Positions 32,664 to 43,565 of a DNA stretch of 64,000 nt are shown in pieces. The first letter of the stretch is position 1; each line of letters opens with the position of its first letter. Below the pieces are notes generated by a model. It worked only from the letters and a program-made list of their open reading frames with translations, did not search any database and was not told the origin of the DNA. This DNA comes from an uncultured Hellea sp. (GTDB lineage: Bacteria > Pseudomonadota > Alphaproteobacteria > Caulobacterales > Maricaulaceae): positions 20,912-84,911 of the forward strand of contig CALLMD010000013.1 of assembly GCA_938007935.1 (NCBI GenBank), given 5' to 3'. The position numbers and the translations under genes are program-made.

Positions 32664-34139
32664 ATGAATGAAGATAAAGACCAAAAAGGGTTCTCTCCCC
32701 AGTACCGCACAATTGCATTATTGCTTTTAACGTTAGTCTACGGATTCAACTTTATCGATCGGCAAATCGTCGGAATTTTAGCGCCTTGGATACAGGCTGA
32801 TTTAGGTCTGACAAACACGCAACTTGGTCTTTTAGTTGGATTGGCTTTTGCGGCCTTCTATACAATTATGGGCATCCCTCTCGCTTTTCTTGCTGACCGC
32901 ATGAATCGTGTAACCTTGCTTTCACTCGCTTTAGCGGTTTGGAGTGGATTTACGGCGCTCACTGGCTTGGCGCAGAACTTCCTACATATTGCCCTCGCTC
33001 GTGTAGGCGTTGGAATTGGCGAGGCTGGAGGCAGCCCACCTTCACATTCAATGATCTCAGATTTCTATAGCAAAGAAGAACGAGCGGGCGCGCTGGGCAT
33101 TTACTCTCTAGGCATTCCGTTAGGCATCATGTCAGCCTATTTCCTAACAGCAGCTCTACTCGGCGCGGATGCCGAGAGCGTCAATTGGCGAAGAATATTC
33201 ATTATTTTGGGCGTTATTGGTATTGCCCTTGCCGTAATTATTAAAGTCGTAATTCGAGAGCCCGAACGCGGCGCAATGGAGACAGGCGTTAAAGCTCCAT
33301 CTGGTTATATTCCGCTAGGCCAGTCATTCGCCCAATCAAACCTCTTACCACGTATAGGAATATTCGGGGGTTTACTGATCTTACTACTTGGCGCTTGGAT
33401 GCTCGGACATATGTCCATGGTTTTTGTTATTCCGTTCATGATTTTCATCATCACAATGTTTTTGCTCAGCCTACAGCCAGGGGTTATGACCATCCTGTCC
33501 ATCAAATCCTGGTGGTGGATGGCCCTTGGGATTGCCTTCGCAAGTTTTGCGAGCTACGCGATTTCTGGTTTTCAAACAAAGTTCCTGCGCTTGCTTGAAC
33601 CTGATTTTAGTCCGCGTACATTCATTATATGGATCGGGATTATAAACGGCACATTTTATGTCGCTGGAACTTACTTTGGTGCAAAATTAGTGGATTGGAA
33701 GGCCAAGAAGGATATTCGCGCCTATGGCACAATTCCAGCAATTTCCGTTCTCCTAGCTCTACCGCTTGCTCTAGCTGCTTTCTGGGCTCCATCTATTGCA
33801 CTTCACCTTGCCATTGGGGCCGCTTTGCAACTCTGCCTTGGTGTATATCTTGGACCAAGCTTTGCAATCGCGCAGACACTCGCGCCCATAAAATTACGGG
33901 CGATGTCGACGGCATTATTCTTCTTCGTGCTCAACATGATTGCTCTAGGCGGAGGACCGACTTTCGCTGGTATTATGATAGATGTATTTCTTGGAAAGGG
34001 TGAAACTGAACTCAACGCCACGCGCCTTGCCATGTATGTCACATTTGGTGCCTATATACTCTCTTTCATCTTCTATATGCTGGTTAGGATTACACTTCCC
34101 AAAGACTGGGCCGCAGCTGAGGCGCGCAATGAAGGTTAG
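32664..34139 (+). CDS. Spinster-like MFS transporter
   Basis: NFIDRQI, LADRMNR, RVGVGIGEAG, ISDFY..EER; about 12-14 hydrophobic segments. Confidence 0.88.
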   Translation: MNEDKDQKGFSPQYRTIALLLLTLVYGFNFIDRQIVGILAPWIQADLGLTNTQLGLLVGLAFAAFYTIMGIPLAFLADRMNRVTLLSLALAVWSGFTALTGLAQNFLHIALARVGVGIGEAGGSPPSHSMISDFYSKEERAGALGIYSLGIPLGIMSAYFLTAALLGADAESVNWRRIFIILGVIGIALAVIIKVVIREPERGAMETGVKAPSGYIPLGQSFAQSNLLPRIGIFGGLLILLLGAWMLGHMSMVFVIPFMIFIITMFLLSLQPGVMTILSIKSWWWMALGIAFASFASYAISGFQTKFLRLLEPDFSPRTFIIWIGIINGTFYVAGTYFGAKLVDWKAKKDIRAYGTIPAISVLLALPLALAAFWAPSIALHLAIGAALQLCLGVYLGPSFAIAQTLAPIKLRAMSTALFFFVLNMIALGGGPTFAGIMIDVFLGKGETELNATRLAMYVTFGAYILSFIFYMLVRITLPKDWAAAEARNEG

Positions 34140-34199
34140 CTAGGCCTTGACCTTTAGCTTCTCCTTTTGTCTAAGGCGCATAAATAAAGGTGAGTCCCT

Positions 34200-35525
34200 A
34201 TGATTGAACGTTATGCCCGCAAAGAGATGACCGAGATTTGGTCGGCGGCAACGAAATATAGAATTTGGTTTGAAATCGAGGCCCATGGCTGCGACGCGCT
34301 TGCCGAGCTTGGTGTTATCCCAAAAGAGGCCGCTAAGAATATCTGGGAGCGCGGCGGCGCGGCTAAATTTGACGTGGCGAAAATTGACGAGATTGAACGC
34401 GTTGTCAAACATGATGTCATCGCCTTTTTAACTCATCTCGCTGAATTCATTGGCGAAGACGCGCGTTTTGTCCATCAAGGCTTTACCAGCTCTGACATTT
34501 TAGACACGACACTTTCAGTTCAACTCGCCCGCGCAACAGACCTTCTCCTTGTCGGGATGGACCGCGTCCTCGCCGCGCTGAAAAAGCGCGCTGAAGAGCA
34601 TAAATATACGATTACTATTGGCCGAAGCCATGCCATCCATGCCGAACCGACAACTTTTGGCGTTAAGCTCGCGCGGTTTCATGCCGAATTTGCTCGGGGC
34701 CGTGAACGCTTACTCGCGGCGCGCAAGGAAATCGCTGTCTGCGCGATTTCAGGCGCAATTGGAACATTTGCTAATATTGACCCACATGTGGAAGAACATG
34801 TCGCCAAGAAAATGGACCTCGCGATTGAACCTGTTTCCTCACAAATCATTCCGCGTGATCGTCATGCGGCCTATTTTGCGGCCCTCGGCGTGATTGCCTC
34901 ATCTATTGAAAACATCGCTGTCGAAATTCGCCACCTGCAACGCACAGAGGTCCTCGAAGCCGAAGAATTTTTCTCTAAAGGCCAAAAGGGCTCCTCAGCT
35001 ATGCCGCATAAGCGCAACCCCGTTTTGACAGAAAACCTGACAGGCCTTGCACGGCTCGTCCGTATGAGCGTCATGCCGGCCCTAGAAAATGTCGCGCTGT
35101 GGCATGAACGCGATATCTCCCATAGTTCAGTTGAGCGCGGCATTGGGCCCGATACGACGGTACATCTTGATTTTGCGCTCCACCGCCTTGCTGGCGTAAT
35201 TGAAAACCTTGTTGTCTATCCCGACAAAATGAAAGCCAATATGGACCGACTTGGCGGGCTGCATAATAGTCAACGTTTCCTCCTCGCCCTCACCCAAGCC
35301 GGCGAGCAGCGCGAGAGCGCCTATAGATTAGTCCAGCGCAACGCCATGAAAGTTTGGGAGATGTTCCGCACGAAAGGCGATGCGGGTGAAGGCGCGTTTT
35401 TAAATCTGATTTTAGCCGATAAAGACGTCATGGCGCTTCTTTCCGAAGACCAAGTCCGTGACATGTTTGATGATGAATATCACACGAAGCATGTCGATAC
35501 GATTTTTAAGCGGGTTTTTGCTTAA
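34200..35525 (+). CDS. purB: Adenylosuccinate lyase
   Basis: HDVIAF, GRSHAIHAEPTTFG, GSSAMPHKRNP. Confidence 0.98.
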   Translation: MIERYARKEMTEIWSAATKYRIWFEIEAHGCDALAELGVIPKEAAKNIWERGGAAKFDVAKIDEIERVVKHDVIAFLTHLAEFIGEDARFVHQGFTSSDILDTTLSVQLARATDLLLVGMDRVLAALKKRAEEHKYTITIGRSHAIHAEPTTFGVKLARFHAEFARGRERLLAARKEIAVCAISGAIGTFANIDPHVEEHVAKKMDLAIEPVSSQIIPRDRHAAYFAALGVIASSIENIAVEIRHLQRTEVLEAEEFFSKGQKGSSAMPHKRNPVLTENLTGLARLVRMSVMPALENVALWHERDISHSSVERGIGPDTTVHLDFALHRLAGVIENLVVYPDKMKANMDRLGGLHNSQRFLLALTQAGEQRESAYRLVQRNAMKVWEMFRTKGDAGEGAFLNLILADKDVMALLSEDQVRDMFDDEYHTKHVDTIFKRVFA

Positions 35526-35598
35526 GCTAATTGCGTTCACAATTGACCGAGATTGGCCTGAACATTACGGCAGTGTAAGCCTACCGTCAGAAACATGG

Positions 35599-35613
35599 TT
35601 AATAGCCCATTAA
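35599..35613 (-). promoter_or_regulatory. CtrA-binding site
   Basis: TTAA-tagccca-TTAA; reads TTAA-N7-TTAACC on the minus strand. Confidence 0.7.
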
Positions 35614-35637
35614 ATTAGCCCGCTCAGCGCAGGTTTT

Positions 35638-35653
35638 TTAAGTCCATTTTAAC
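35638..35653 (+). promoter_or_regulatory. CtrA-binding site
   Basis: TTAA-gtccatt-TTAAC, an exact consensus match. Confidence 0.7.
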
Positions 35654-35868
35654 TAAATCTTGTGCCATGCATTTTTTTTGCATTTTTTTATTGCAATTAT
35701 TTCAATAGCTTAAGTGCATAATTAACTATTCTGGAAACTATTGTAAACACACTCCTAACGCTCAATTTGCCGAAAATTTACCAATGAGCGTTACATCCCC
35801 CTCATAAGAATATTCCGTGCGAAAAACGCATGAAACCAACATTACTTCTAGAGAATAGGATGATAACC

Positions 35869-36351
35869 ATGAAGAAACTAACTGCCCTCGTGAGCGCTTT
35901 CGCTCTAACTTCTGCCTTCGGCGCGACAGCTTTTGCTAGCAATGTTGACGTCTATGTGGTGAACTTTCGCAACGCCCAAGACGTGAAAAGCCAGCAACTC
36001 GACGGTCAATTATCGTCTGCTCTCGCCATTTCAGGCGTAAATGCTGAGGAAGTGGTTATTGACACTTCTACAGCGGCTAAATGGGAAAAAGGCGCACATG
36101 AAGCTTTTGACCGCGATATCGTACCTGTATTTAACAAGTGGGTTGGCCTTCCAGGCTTCGCCGCTATTGTTGACGCCAAATCAAAGCGCGTTATTGGCTG
36201 TGTAAATTCTACATTTGACTCGAATGAAATGGCCCGTGAAATCCGCAAAATGGCGTCACGCGCACAAGGTTCAGCCTATTTGTCAAATGCGTCTACTTCG
36301 TCAAAGACTACACGCTGCCCAGCTGCTCATAATGTTGATCACGGCGGCTAG
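35869..36351 (+). CDS. Secreted thioredoxin-fold-like protein lacking CxxC
   Basis: Signal peptide ending AFA; paralogous to 36525-36986; start revised to ATG 35869 after AGGA. Confidence 0.75.
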   Translation: MKKLTALVSAFALTSAFGATAFASNVDVYVVNFRNAQDVKSQQLDGQLSSALAISGVNAEEVVIDTSTAAKWEKGAHEAFDRDIVPVFNKWVGLPGFAAIVDAKSKRVIGCVNSTFDSNEMAREIRKMASRAQGSAYLSNASTSSKTTRCPAAHNVDHGG

Positions 36352-36372
36352 TCCTTGAGACAATCAAATTCT

Positions 36373-36404
36373 AGCCCGCAAATTTCGATTTGCGGGCTTT
36401 TTTT
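36373..36404 (+). terminator. Intrinsic terminator
   Basis: AGCCCGCAAAT-ttcg-ATTTGCGGGCT followed by a T-run. Confidence 0.92.
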
Positions 36405-36524
36405 ATGATGAAACTAAAATTGCCCTAACGCGTCAGTAACGAAACTGTGTGTGTCAAAACTGTATTTTTCAGGTGCAGTTCAGGTAAAAAATGCAAATAA
36501 TAAAGGGTGAATGGAGAAATGGTG

Positions 36525-36986
36525 ATGAAAAAATTACTGAAGACGGCCATAGCCGCGACAGTTTTAAGCATGGGGCTTGGCTCCGTAGGTCACACGATGC
36601 AGCCTACGCCTGACCTATATGTTGTCATGTTCAGAGCTGATTGGTGCGCGCCATGTAAAATTGTTGAGCCGCGTCTTAATCAGGCTTTGATGAATCTTCG
36701 CGACCCTGGAATAGAATATGTCAATATTGATATTTCACGCGGGAAGGGCGATTTAAACGCACATACGGTCTTTGATCGTGGAATCGTATCCCAGTATAAT
36801 TCATGGATGGGTGTCACAGGCTTTGCCGCAATTATTGACGGGGATACGAAACGCACACTGGGCTGCGTCAATATGAATTATGACGCCAAAAGCATGGCGA
36901 TGCATATCAAAAACTTGAAATCAGTTGCCGCAACAAATCAACCAAGTTTTGATTTGACCTGCCCTGAACCCAATAATCCAATCTAA
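36525..36986 (+). CDS. Secreted thioredoxin-like protein (WCAPC)
   Basis: Signal peptide, FRADWCAPCK; start revised to ATG 36525 after GGAG. Confidence 0.82.
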   Translation: MKKLLKTAIAATVLSMGLGSVGHTMQPTPDLYVVMFRADWCAPCKIVEPRLNQALMNLRDPGIEYVNIDISRGKGDLNAHTVFDRGIVSQYNSWMGVTGFAAIIDGDTKRTLGCVNMNYDAKSMAMHIKNLKSVAATNQPSFDLTCPEPNNPI

Positions 36987-37021
36987 TTTACTTAGACAAC
37001 AAACGAAAAATCCGAGATGGC

Positions 37022-37348
37022 TTACGATGTGGTGTTATACACCTCATCTCTAGCTGCCTCTAAACATTCCGCCATTTTATCTCTGATGGCTTGGTCGGAG
37101 ACATCAATATTACCATCTGTGAGGTCTTTGCGAAGCTTGCGGAAAACATCATCATCCCCCGCCTCTTCCATATCTGCCATAATGACGGATAAAGCGTATT
37201 TTTCGACCTCATCGCCCTCAATATCAAGCAAAGCCGCCGCCCAATAGCCTAAAGCTTTATTACGCTTGGCTTCGACTTTAAATTCTTTTGCCGCGTCCAA
37301 AACATATTTCGTTTCCTGCGCGTTACCGCGTTCATCCATTCCTGACAT
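37022..37348 (-). CDS. DUF1476 / F1Fo-ATPase inhibitor zeta subunit
   Basis: MDER..AQE.KY...FKVEAKRNKALGYWAA...EAGDDDVFRKL, matching the zeta pattern; start revised to ATG 37348. Confidence 0.85.
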   Translation of the reverse strand: MSGMDERGNAQETKYVLDAAKEFKVEAKRNKALGYWAAALLDIEGDEVEKYALSVIMADMEEAGDDDVFRKLRKDLTDGNIDVSDQAIRDKMAECLEAARDEVYNTTS

Positions 37349-37542
37349 AAGAGACCTTTTCTGTGTCGTTTTCTTGCTCAGTATGTATGGTTTCGCGCCC
37401 TGCAAAACAAGAGACTTAATCCTCATTTTCCTGCATTGTTTAGATTGCCGCTGGGCCTCGCTTGGGTTATGTGGTGTTTTTAAGCGCCCCAGTGAGTCGC
37501 GATAACGCGAAAGCTTTGGCCGAACTCGGAAAGAGCCATTTT

Positions 37543-38316
37543 ATGAGCCGCCGCAAACAAATCTATGAAGGCAAAGCCAAAATCCTCTATGAGGGCCCTG
37601 AACCAGGGACATTGGTGCAATATTTTAAAGACGACGCGACAGCTTTTAACGCGCAAAAGAAAGCCACGCTGGACGGTAAAGGCGTTTTAAATAATCGTAT
37701 TTCTGAATTCATTATGTTGCGCTTAGGCGAAATTGGCATTCCTACCCATTTTATCAAACGTCTCAATATGCGCGAGCAATTGATCAAGAAAGTAGAGATC
37801 ATCCCGCTTGAAGTCATTTGCCGCAATGTCGCTGCGGGAACGATGTCAAAACGGCTGGGTATTGAAGAAGGTGAAAAACTTCCCCGCTCTATTGTTGAGT
37901 TTTGTCTTAAACGTGACGACCTTGGCGATCCTCTTATTGCCGAAGAACATATTCTTGCCTTTGGCTGGGCGACCCAAGATGAGCTGGATGAAATGATAGC
38001 GATGACATTACGCATCAATGATTATCTTTTAGGCATGTTTGGCGGCATTGGTATTAAACTTATTGATTTCAAAATCGAATTTGGACGGCTGTCTTCACCT
38101 GATGGTCATCAAGTCATCCTCGCCGATGAAATCAGCCCAGATAGCTGTCGTCTGTGGGACCGTGAAACGAATAAAAAGCTCGATAAAGATCGGTTTAGGC
38201 GTGATCTCGGTGATGTCACTGCGGCCTATACCGAAGTGGCCACACGCTTAGGCATTTTAAAAGAATCTCAGAACAGCTCAGCCCCGAACCTCTCGGTGGT
38301 GAGCAATGACGAATAG
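37543..38316 (+). CDS. purC: SAICAR synthetase
   Basis: [38 protein letters not shown]; start revised to ATG 37543. Confidence 0.97.
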   Translation: MSRRKQIYEGKAKILYEGPEPGTLVQYFKDDATAFNAQKKATLDGKGVLNNRISEFIMLRLGEIGIPTHFIKRLNMREQLIKKVEIIPLEVICRNVAAGTMSKRLGIEEGEKLPRSIVEFCLKRDDLGDPLIAEEHILAFGWATQDELDEMIAMTLRINDYLLGMFGGIGIKLIDFKIEFGRLSSPDGHQVILADEISPDSCRLWDRETNKKLDKDRFRRDLGDVTAAYTEVATRLGILKESQNSSAPNLSVVSNDE

Positions 38317-38324
38317 GAATTGTC

Positions 38325-38567
38325 ATGAAAGCAATTATTCATGTTGGGCTAAAGCCCGGTGTTTTAGACCCGCAAGGCCGCGCTATAGCGCGTTCATTAA
38401 GTGATCTGGGCTTCAACGAAGTGCAACAAGCACGCCAAGGTAAAGTTATTGAGCTTGACCTCTCTGGGGAAGATATCGCGCTCGCCGAGAGCCGCGTGAA
38501 AGAAATGTGCGAGAAGTTATTGGCCAATACGGTTATTGAAAGCTACTTAATTGAGATTGAAGACTGA
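38325..38567 (+). CDS. purS: FGAM synthase subunit PurS
   Basis: [20 protein letters not shown]. Confidence 0.96.
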   Translation: MKAIIHVGLKPGVLDPQGRAIARSLSDLGFNEVQQARQGKVIELDLSGEDIALAESRVKEMCEKLLANTVIESYLIEIED

Positions 38568-39229
38568 TGAAAACGGCCGTCATTGTCTTTCCCGCTTCTA
38601 ATTGCGACCGCGACGCCGCTGTCGCCCTTGAGAAAATTACAGGGCATAAAGCAGAAATGGTCTGGCACCGCGAGACGAGCCTGCCAGCTGGTATTGATTT
38701 CGTCGTTATTCCTGGCGGCTTCTCTTATGGTGACTATCTCAGATCTGGCGCGATGGCCGCACGTTCGCCGATTGTGAAAGATATTGTTGCCAAAGCCAAA
38801 CTTGGCTTGCCTGTAGCAGGATTTTGTAATGGATTTCAGATTTTAACTGAAACTGGTCTGCTTCCCGGCGCGCTCATGCGGAACAAGAATTTAAAATTCG
38901 TGTGTCGTCCTGAAAAATTAAAAATCACAAATGGTAATACCCGCTATACCTCTAAATACGGCAATAAAATTGATGTTACCTTCCCAGTTGCCCATCATGA
39001 CGGTAATTATTTCGCGGATGATGAGACCCTCAACAAATTAGAAAAAAGCGGACGTGTGGTCTTTCGCTACGTCGATAATCCAAACGGCTCCGCGCGAGAC
39101 ATTGCAGGTATTTGTAATGAAGCCGGAAATGTTTTTGGCATGATGCCACATCCAGAACGCGCCATTGACCCGCTACATGGCGGCACTGATGGTCTTGATC
39201 TGTTTAAATCCATAATTGAGTCTATCTAA
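38567..39229 (+). CDS. purQ: FGAM synthase subunit PurQ
   Basis: [27 protein letters not shown]. Confidence 0.97.
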   Translation: MKTAVIVFPASNCDRDAAVALEKITGHKAEMVWHRETSLPAGIDFVVIPGGFSYGDYLRSGAMAARSPIVKDIVAKAKLGLPVAGFCNGFQILTETGLLPGALMRNKNLKFVCRPEKLKITNGNTRYTSKYGNKIDVTFPVAHHDGNYFADDETLNKLEKSGRVVFRYVDNPNGSARDIAGICNEAGNVFGMMPHPERAIDPLHGGTDGLDLFKSIIESI

Positions 39230-41442
39230 TGGCCCGCAATTCAAAAAAGAAATCGGATATTACACCGGAAATCGTTGCTGAACATGGCCTTACAAAAGGT
39301 GAGTACGAGATCATTTTAGACCGCCTTGGACGCGAGCCTAACATCAATGAGCTGGGTATTTTTTCCGTTATGTGGTCAGAGCATTGCTCTTATAAATCTT
39401 CCCGCAGGCACTTAGCTAAATTCCTCACGAAAGGTGATAAAGTCATTCAAGGGCCTGGTGAAAATGCTGGCGTTATCGATATTGGTGATGGCGACGCCAT
39501 TATTTTCAAAATGGAATCCCATAACCACCCCTCCTATATCGAGCCCTATCAAGGCGCGGCTACAGGTGTTGGCGGTATTATGCGCGATGTCTTCACAATG
39601 GGCGCGCGCCCTATTGCTTTGATGAATGCCTTACGCTTTGGCGAACCTGACCACCCCAAGACGAAATCACTTGTTGACGGTGTTGTCGCCGGCATTGGTG
39701 GCTACGGCAATTGCGTCGGTGTGCCGACAGTTGGCGGTGAAACCAATTTCCATAAAGGCTATAACGGCAACATCCTCGTCAACGCGATGTGTGTTGGCCT
39801 CGCGCGCGCAGATAACGTCTTTTATTCCGCAGCCAAAGGCGTTGGAAATCCAATTTTTTATGTAGGGTCCAAAACTGGGCGCGACGGTATTCACGGCGCG
39901 ACCATGGCTTCTGCCGAATTCGATGATGATAGCGAAGAAAAGCGTCCTACTGTTCAAGTTGGAGACCCCTTTACAGAAAAACTCCTTATTGAAGCCTGCC
40001 TCGAATTAATGGCGACGGACGCCATCATCGCTATTCAAGATATGGGCGCGGCGGGACTGACATCTTCATCGATTGAGATGGCAGATAAAGGCGGTGTGGG
40101 GATTGAGCTTAACCTTGATAAAGTCCCCCAGCGTGAAGAAAATATGACGCCCTATGAGATGATGCTCTCAGAATCCCAAGAGCGCATGCTTATGGTTATC
40201 AAGCCCGGCAAAGAGCAGCTTGCCTTCGATGTCTTTGAAAAGTGGGAACTTGATGTTGCCCAAATTGGTAAAACAACAGATACGGGGCGCCTTGTCCTAA
40301 AACATCAGCGCAAAAAGGTGTGCGATATACCAATTGCGCCGCTCGCTGATGACGCCCCCAATTTGGACCGCCCTTATGTCATTCCAGAATCTGATCCGAT
40401 ATTAGACATAAATGAAATCCATGAAACGCAGGATTATGATGACGCAATCGTGCGCATTATCTCATGCCCTGATATTGCTTCAAAACGCTGGATTTGGGAG
40501 CAATATGACCGGCATGTGATGACCGATACGGTAGATAGTAGCCAAAGCGGCGGTGACGCAGCGATTGTGCGCATTCATGGGTCTAACAAGGCGGTCGCAA
40601 TCACAACAGATGTTACGCCGCGATATGTCCAAGCCGACCCTTATGAAGGCGGCAAGCAGTGCGTAGCTGAAACCTGGCGTAACCTAACATGTGTGGGTGC
40701 TGACCCCATTGCGATAACGGATTGCCTGAATTTCGGTAATCCCGAACGCCCCGAAATCATGGGACAATTTGTCGGCGCAATTGACGGGATGAATGAAGCC
40801 TGCCGTGCATTCGATTACCCTGTCGTCTCGGGCAATGTCTCACTTTATAACGAGACAAATGGCCAAGCCATTCCCCCTACACCGGCTGTCGGCGGTGTTG
40901 GATTAATCCCTGACTTAGAACATTTTGCAACGCTGAGAGGGGCAAAAGAAGGTGACACCTTAATTCTCTTGGGAGATACAAAGGGCTGGCTTGGCGCTTC
41001 AATTTATTTACGCGAAATACTGCGCCGTGAAGAAGGCGCGCCGCCGCCCGTAGATCTAGACGCTGAAAAACGTAATGGCGATTACGTCAGAAAGCTCATC
41101 CGTATGCGCCGCGTACATGCGGTTCATGATTTATCAGATGGCGGCCTTGCTATTGCTGCCTGCGAGATGGCATTTTCTGGAAACATCGGCATGAGCCTAT
41201 CCGGCGCCGTCGGTGTTCCGACACATGGCTGGCTCTTTGGCGAGGACCAAGGCCGGTATTTATTAGCCGTGGACGAATATAGCGTAAACCCCGTTATCTC
41301 TACAGCAAAAGATAAAGGCATTACAGCCCAAGTTGTCGGCAAAGTCGGCGGTGATCGTATTACCGCGGCGGGGGCTTTTGATGTCTCCCTAGCGGGTCTT
41401 CGTGAGAAGCATGAAGGCTGGATGCCGGAGTTTATGTCTTAA
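39229..41442 (+). CDS. purL: FGAM synthase subunit PurL
   Basis: [35 protein letters not shown]. Confidence 0.98.
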   Translation: MARNSKKKSDITPEIVAEHGLTKGEYEIILDRLGREPNINELGIFSVMWSEHCSYKSSRRHLAKFLTKGDKVIQGPGENAGVIDIGDGDAIIFKMESHNHPSYIEPYQGAATGVGGIMRDVFTMGARPIALMNALRFGEPDHPKTKSLVDGVVAGIGGYGNCVGVPTVGGETNFHKGYNGNILVNAMCVGLARADNVFYSAAKGVGNPIFYVGSKTGRDGIHGATMASAEFDDDSEEKRPTVQVGDPFTEKLLIEACLELMATDAIIAIQDMGAAGLTSSSIEMADKGGVGIELNLDKVPQREENMTPYEMMLSESQERMLMVIKPGKEQLAFDVFEKWELDVAQIGKTTDTGRLVLKHQRKKVCDIPIAPLADDAPNLDRPYVIPESDPILDINEIHETQDYDDAIVRIISCPDIASKRWIWEQYDRHVMTDTVDSSQSGGDAAIVRIHGSNKAVAITTDVTPRYVQADPYEGGKQCVAETWRNLTCVGADPIAITDCLNFGNPERPEIMGQFVGAIDGMNEACRAFDYPVVSGNVSLYNETNGQAIPPTPAVGGVGLIPDLEHFATLRGAKEGDTLILLGDTKGWLGASIYLREILRREEGAPPPVDLDAEKRNGDYVRKLIRMRRVHAVHDLSDGGLAIAACEMAFSGNIGMSLSGAVGVPTHGWLFGEDQGRYLLAVDEYSVNPVISTAKDKGITAQVVGKVGGDRITAAGAFDVSLAGLREKHEGWMPEFMS

Positions 41443-41672
41443 TGGCTATGACAGGAGAAGATATCACGGCCATGATTAAAGCCGCCCTGCCCGATGCCAT
41501 CATCGAGCTGACGGATTTAGCTGGTGATAATGACCACTGGAAGGCTGTGGTGACCTCTCAGGCTTTTGAAGGCAAAACCAGAGTGCAACAACATCAAATG
41601 GTCTATGCGGCCCTCAAAGGCAATATGGGCGGTGTATTACATGCCTTGGCTCTTGAAACCCGCACGCCATAA
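41442..41672 (+). CDS. bolA: BolA/IbaG family protein
   Basis: DLAGDNDHW, RVQQHQMVY, LHALAL; next to grxD. Confidence 0.92.
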   Translation: MAMTGEDITAMIKAALPDAIIELTDLAGDNDHWKAVVTSQAFEGKTRVQQHQMVYAALKGNMGGVLHALALETRTP

Positions 41673-41711
41673 CCTATTTAAGACTTAAAGGAATAACTGG
41701 AAGGTCTGCAT

Positions 41712-42038
41712 ATGTCAGCTCATGACGAGATTACAAAAACTGTCACTGAAAATGACGTCGTTCTTTATATGAAGGGAACGCCTGTCTTCCCCCAATGCGG
41801 GTTCTCCTCAACGGTGGTTCAAATTCTTGATTATATTGGCGCAGATTATGCCAGCGTAAATGTGCTCGATAACCCGGAAATTCGCCAAGGGATTAAAGAT
41901 TTCAACAACTGGCCGACCATCCCTCAAATCTTTGTCAAAGGTGAATTTATTGGCGGCTGTGATATCGTCAAAGAGATGTTTGAAACGGGCGAGCTACGCA
42001 AGCTATTTGAAGATAAAGGTGTTCAAACCACCGCCTAA
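41712..42038 (+). CDS. grxD: Monothiol glutaredoxin Grx4
   Basis: MKGTP.FPQCGFS, WPTIPQ, GGCDI. Confidence 0.96.
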   Translation: MSAHDEITKTVTENDVVLYMKGTPVFPQCGFSSTVVQILDYIGADYASVNVLDNPEIRQGIKDFNNWPTIPQIFVKGEFIGGCDIVKEMFETGELRKLFEDKGVQTTA

Positions 42039-42044
42039 ACACCG

Positions 42045-42060
42045 TTAACGTCAATTTAAC
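42045..42060. promoter_or_regulatory. CtrA-binding site (consensus on both strands)
   Basis: G-TTAA-cgtcaat-TTAAC; the reverse strand also reads TTAA-N7-TTAAC. Confidence 0.7.
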
Positions 42061-42138
42061 TCATATTTTAATTTTCATACATACATTTCTGTTATCTACT
42101 ATAGCTATTCTGCTCGGGGGCGCAGCGGAGGATGAGTT

Positions 42139-42720
42139 ATGGCTAGATTTGGCCTAAAATTAAAACGGCGTTATAAAAAGAAATCAGGTAGTTATCATAC
42201 CGATTATCAAGATTTACGTTCCAATCCTAAAAAAAAGAAAATGGGTATTGGAAGAACTCTAGGGTCGGCGGGCTCACTGATTTTGGGTGCTTTTTCTTTT
42301 TATGTCGCTCTACATTACATTCCGGCATATTTGGGGCTGCAAAAAATCATAGCCTTCTCCGAACTCGATAATTCGGCGGCGCGGCTTGCAAAAGATGACG
42401 AGTTTTCTATTTTGTCAGCCTATATAGATCCTTTTCGAATTAAACGCACTTACCTTCGAGCGGGACAAAGCATGCAGATGCAATATGCACTTCCAGAAGG
42501 TTCAAAATTAGAAATTGAAATAAATCGTTGCCGCGCCGCATTCATTGTTGAAATTTTCAAATGTGAAGTCGTCAGTCAAAAAAAATTAGTCGTGAAAAAC
42601 GACAAAATAGGCACACAGCGCTTCACTTTTGATCAGGAAGGTTTCTATTTATTTGACGAAACCGTTATACAAAGAACAGCAAAACAAGAAAAATTTAGAG
42701 TGGTCTGGAGCCGCATATAA
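42139..42720 (+). CDS. Hypothetical single-pass membrane protein
   Basis: GGAGGA RBS, Lys/Arg-rich N-terminus, one TM segment, beta-rich C-terminal domain. Confidence 0.7.
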   Translation: MARFGLKLKRRYKKKSGSYHTDYQDLRSNPKKKKMGIGRTLGSAGSLILGAFSFYVALHYIPAYLGLQKIIAFSELDNSAARLAKDDEFSILSAYIDPFRIKRTYLRAGQSMQMQYALPEGSKLEIEINRCRAAFIVEIFKCEVVSQKKLVVKNDKIGTQRFTFDQEGFYLFDETVIQRTAKQEKFRVVWSRI

Positions 42721-42747
42721 AAAAAACCCGCAGAGGAACTCTGCGGG
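42721..42747 (-). terminator. Intrinsic terminator of rpsD
   Basis: CCCGCAGAG-gaa-CTCTGCGGG with a T-run on the minus strand. Confidence 0.85.
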
Positions 42748-42773
42748 CCATAATTTTTATCTGAAAACTTTCT

Positions 42774-43391
42774 CTAACGTGAGTAAAATTCCACAACAAG
42801 ATTAGGTTCCATAACAACTGGATATGGAACTTCATCAAAACTTGGAATACGGGTTAGTGTCGCTTTCATCGCTTTCGGATCAACACTGATATAGTCAGGA
42901 AGCTCACGCTCTGGGCTTTCCAAAGCCTCAAGTACCAAAGCCATAGTACGTGACTTTTCACGAACCTCAACAACGTCACCTTCTTTACAACGATAAGACG
43001 GGATATTCACTCTTTTGCCGTTCACAAGCACATGGCCGTGATTGACGAATTGGCGCGCAGCAAAAACTGTCGGTACAAATTTTGCGCGGTACACAACAGC
43101 ATCTAGGCGGCGCTCTAAAAGACCAATCAGATTTTCTGAGGCATCACCTTTTTGGCGCGTTGCTTCATCATAGGTACGGCGGAACTGTTTTTCCGTAATG
43201 TTACCATAATAGCCTTTGAGCTTTTGTTTCGCGCGTAACTGCGTACCGAAATCAGATAGTTTACTCCGGCGGTTTTGACCGTGCTGGCCTGGCCCATAAG
43301 GACGCTTATTTACTGGAGACTTCGGACGACCCCAGATATTTTCGCCCATACGGCGATCAATTTTATATTTTGTGGAATGACGCTTAGACAT
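42774..43391 (-). CDS. rpsD: 30S ribosomal protein S4
   Basis: [38 protein letters not shown]. Confidence 0.99.
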   Translation of the reverse strand: MSKRHSTKYKIDRRMGENIWGRPKSPVNKRPYGPGQHGQNRRSKLSDFGTQLRAKQKLKGYYGNITEKQFRRTYDEATRQKGDASENLIGLLERRLDAVVYRAKFVPTVFAARQFVNHGHVLVNGKRVNIPSYRCKEGDVVEVREKSRTMALVLEALESPERELPDYISVDPKAMKATLTRIPSFDEVPYPVVMEPNLVVEFYSR

Positions 43392-43565
43392 GCGTGTTTA
43401 CTCTTCTTCTTAGCGTGGGCCGGCTGACTGGACTATTCCAATCGCGATTACAACGGCGGCACCACACCCACCCGTATAAACAGCGCTATCTACAAGCTTG
43501 GGCCATCAAGTCAAGCCAATTTTGGTTCAATAAGATGCGAATTTGATTGCAGCCTCACCGCCTCT

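Noticed and set aside
43392-43500. Possible autoregulatory structure in the rpsD leader
   Set aside because: Only weak pairing (GTGGG/CCCAC) is visible; it cannot be supported without an alignment.
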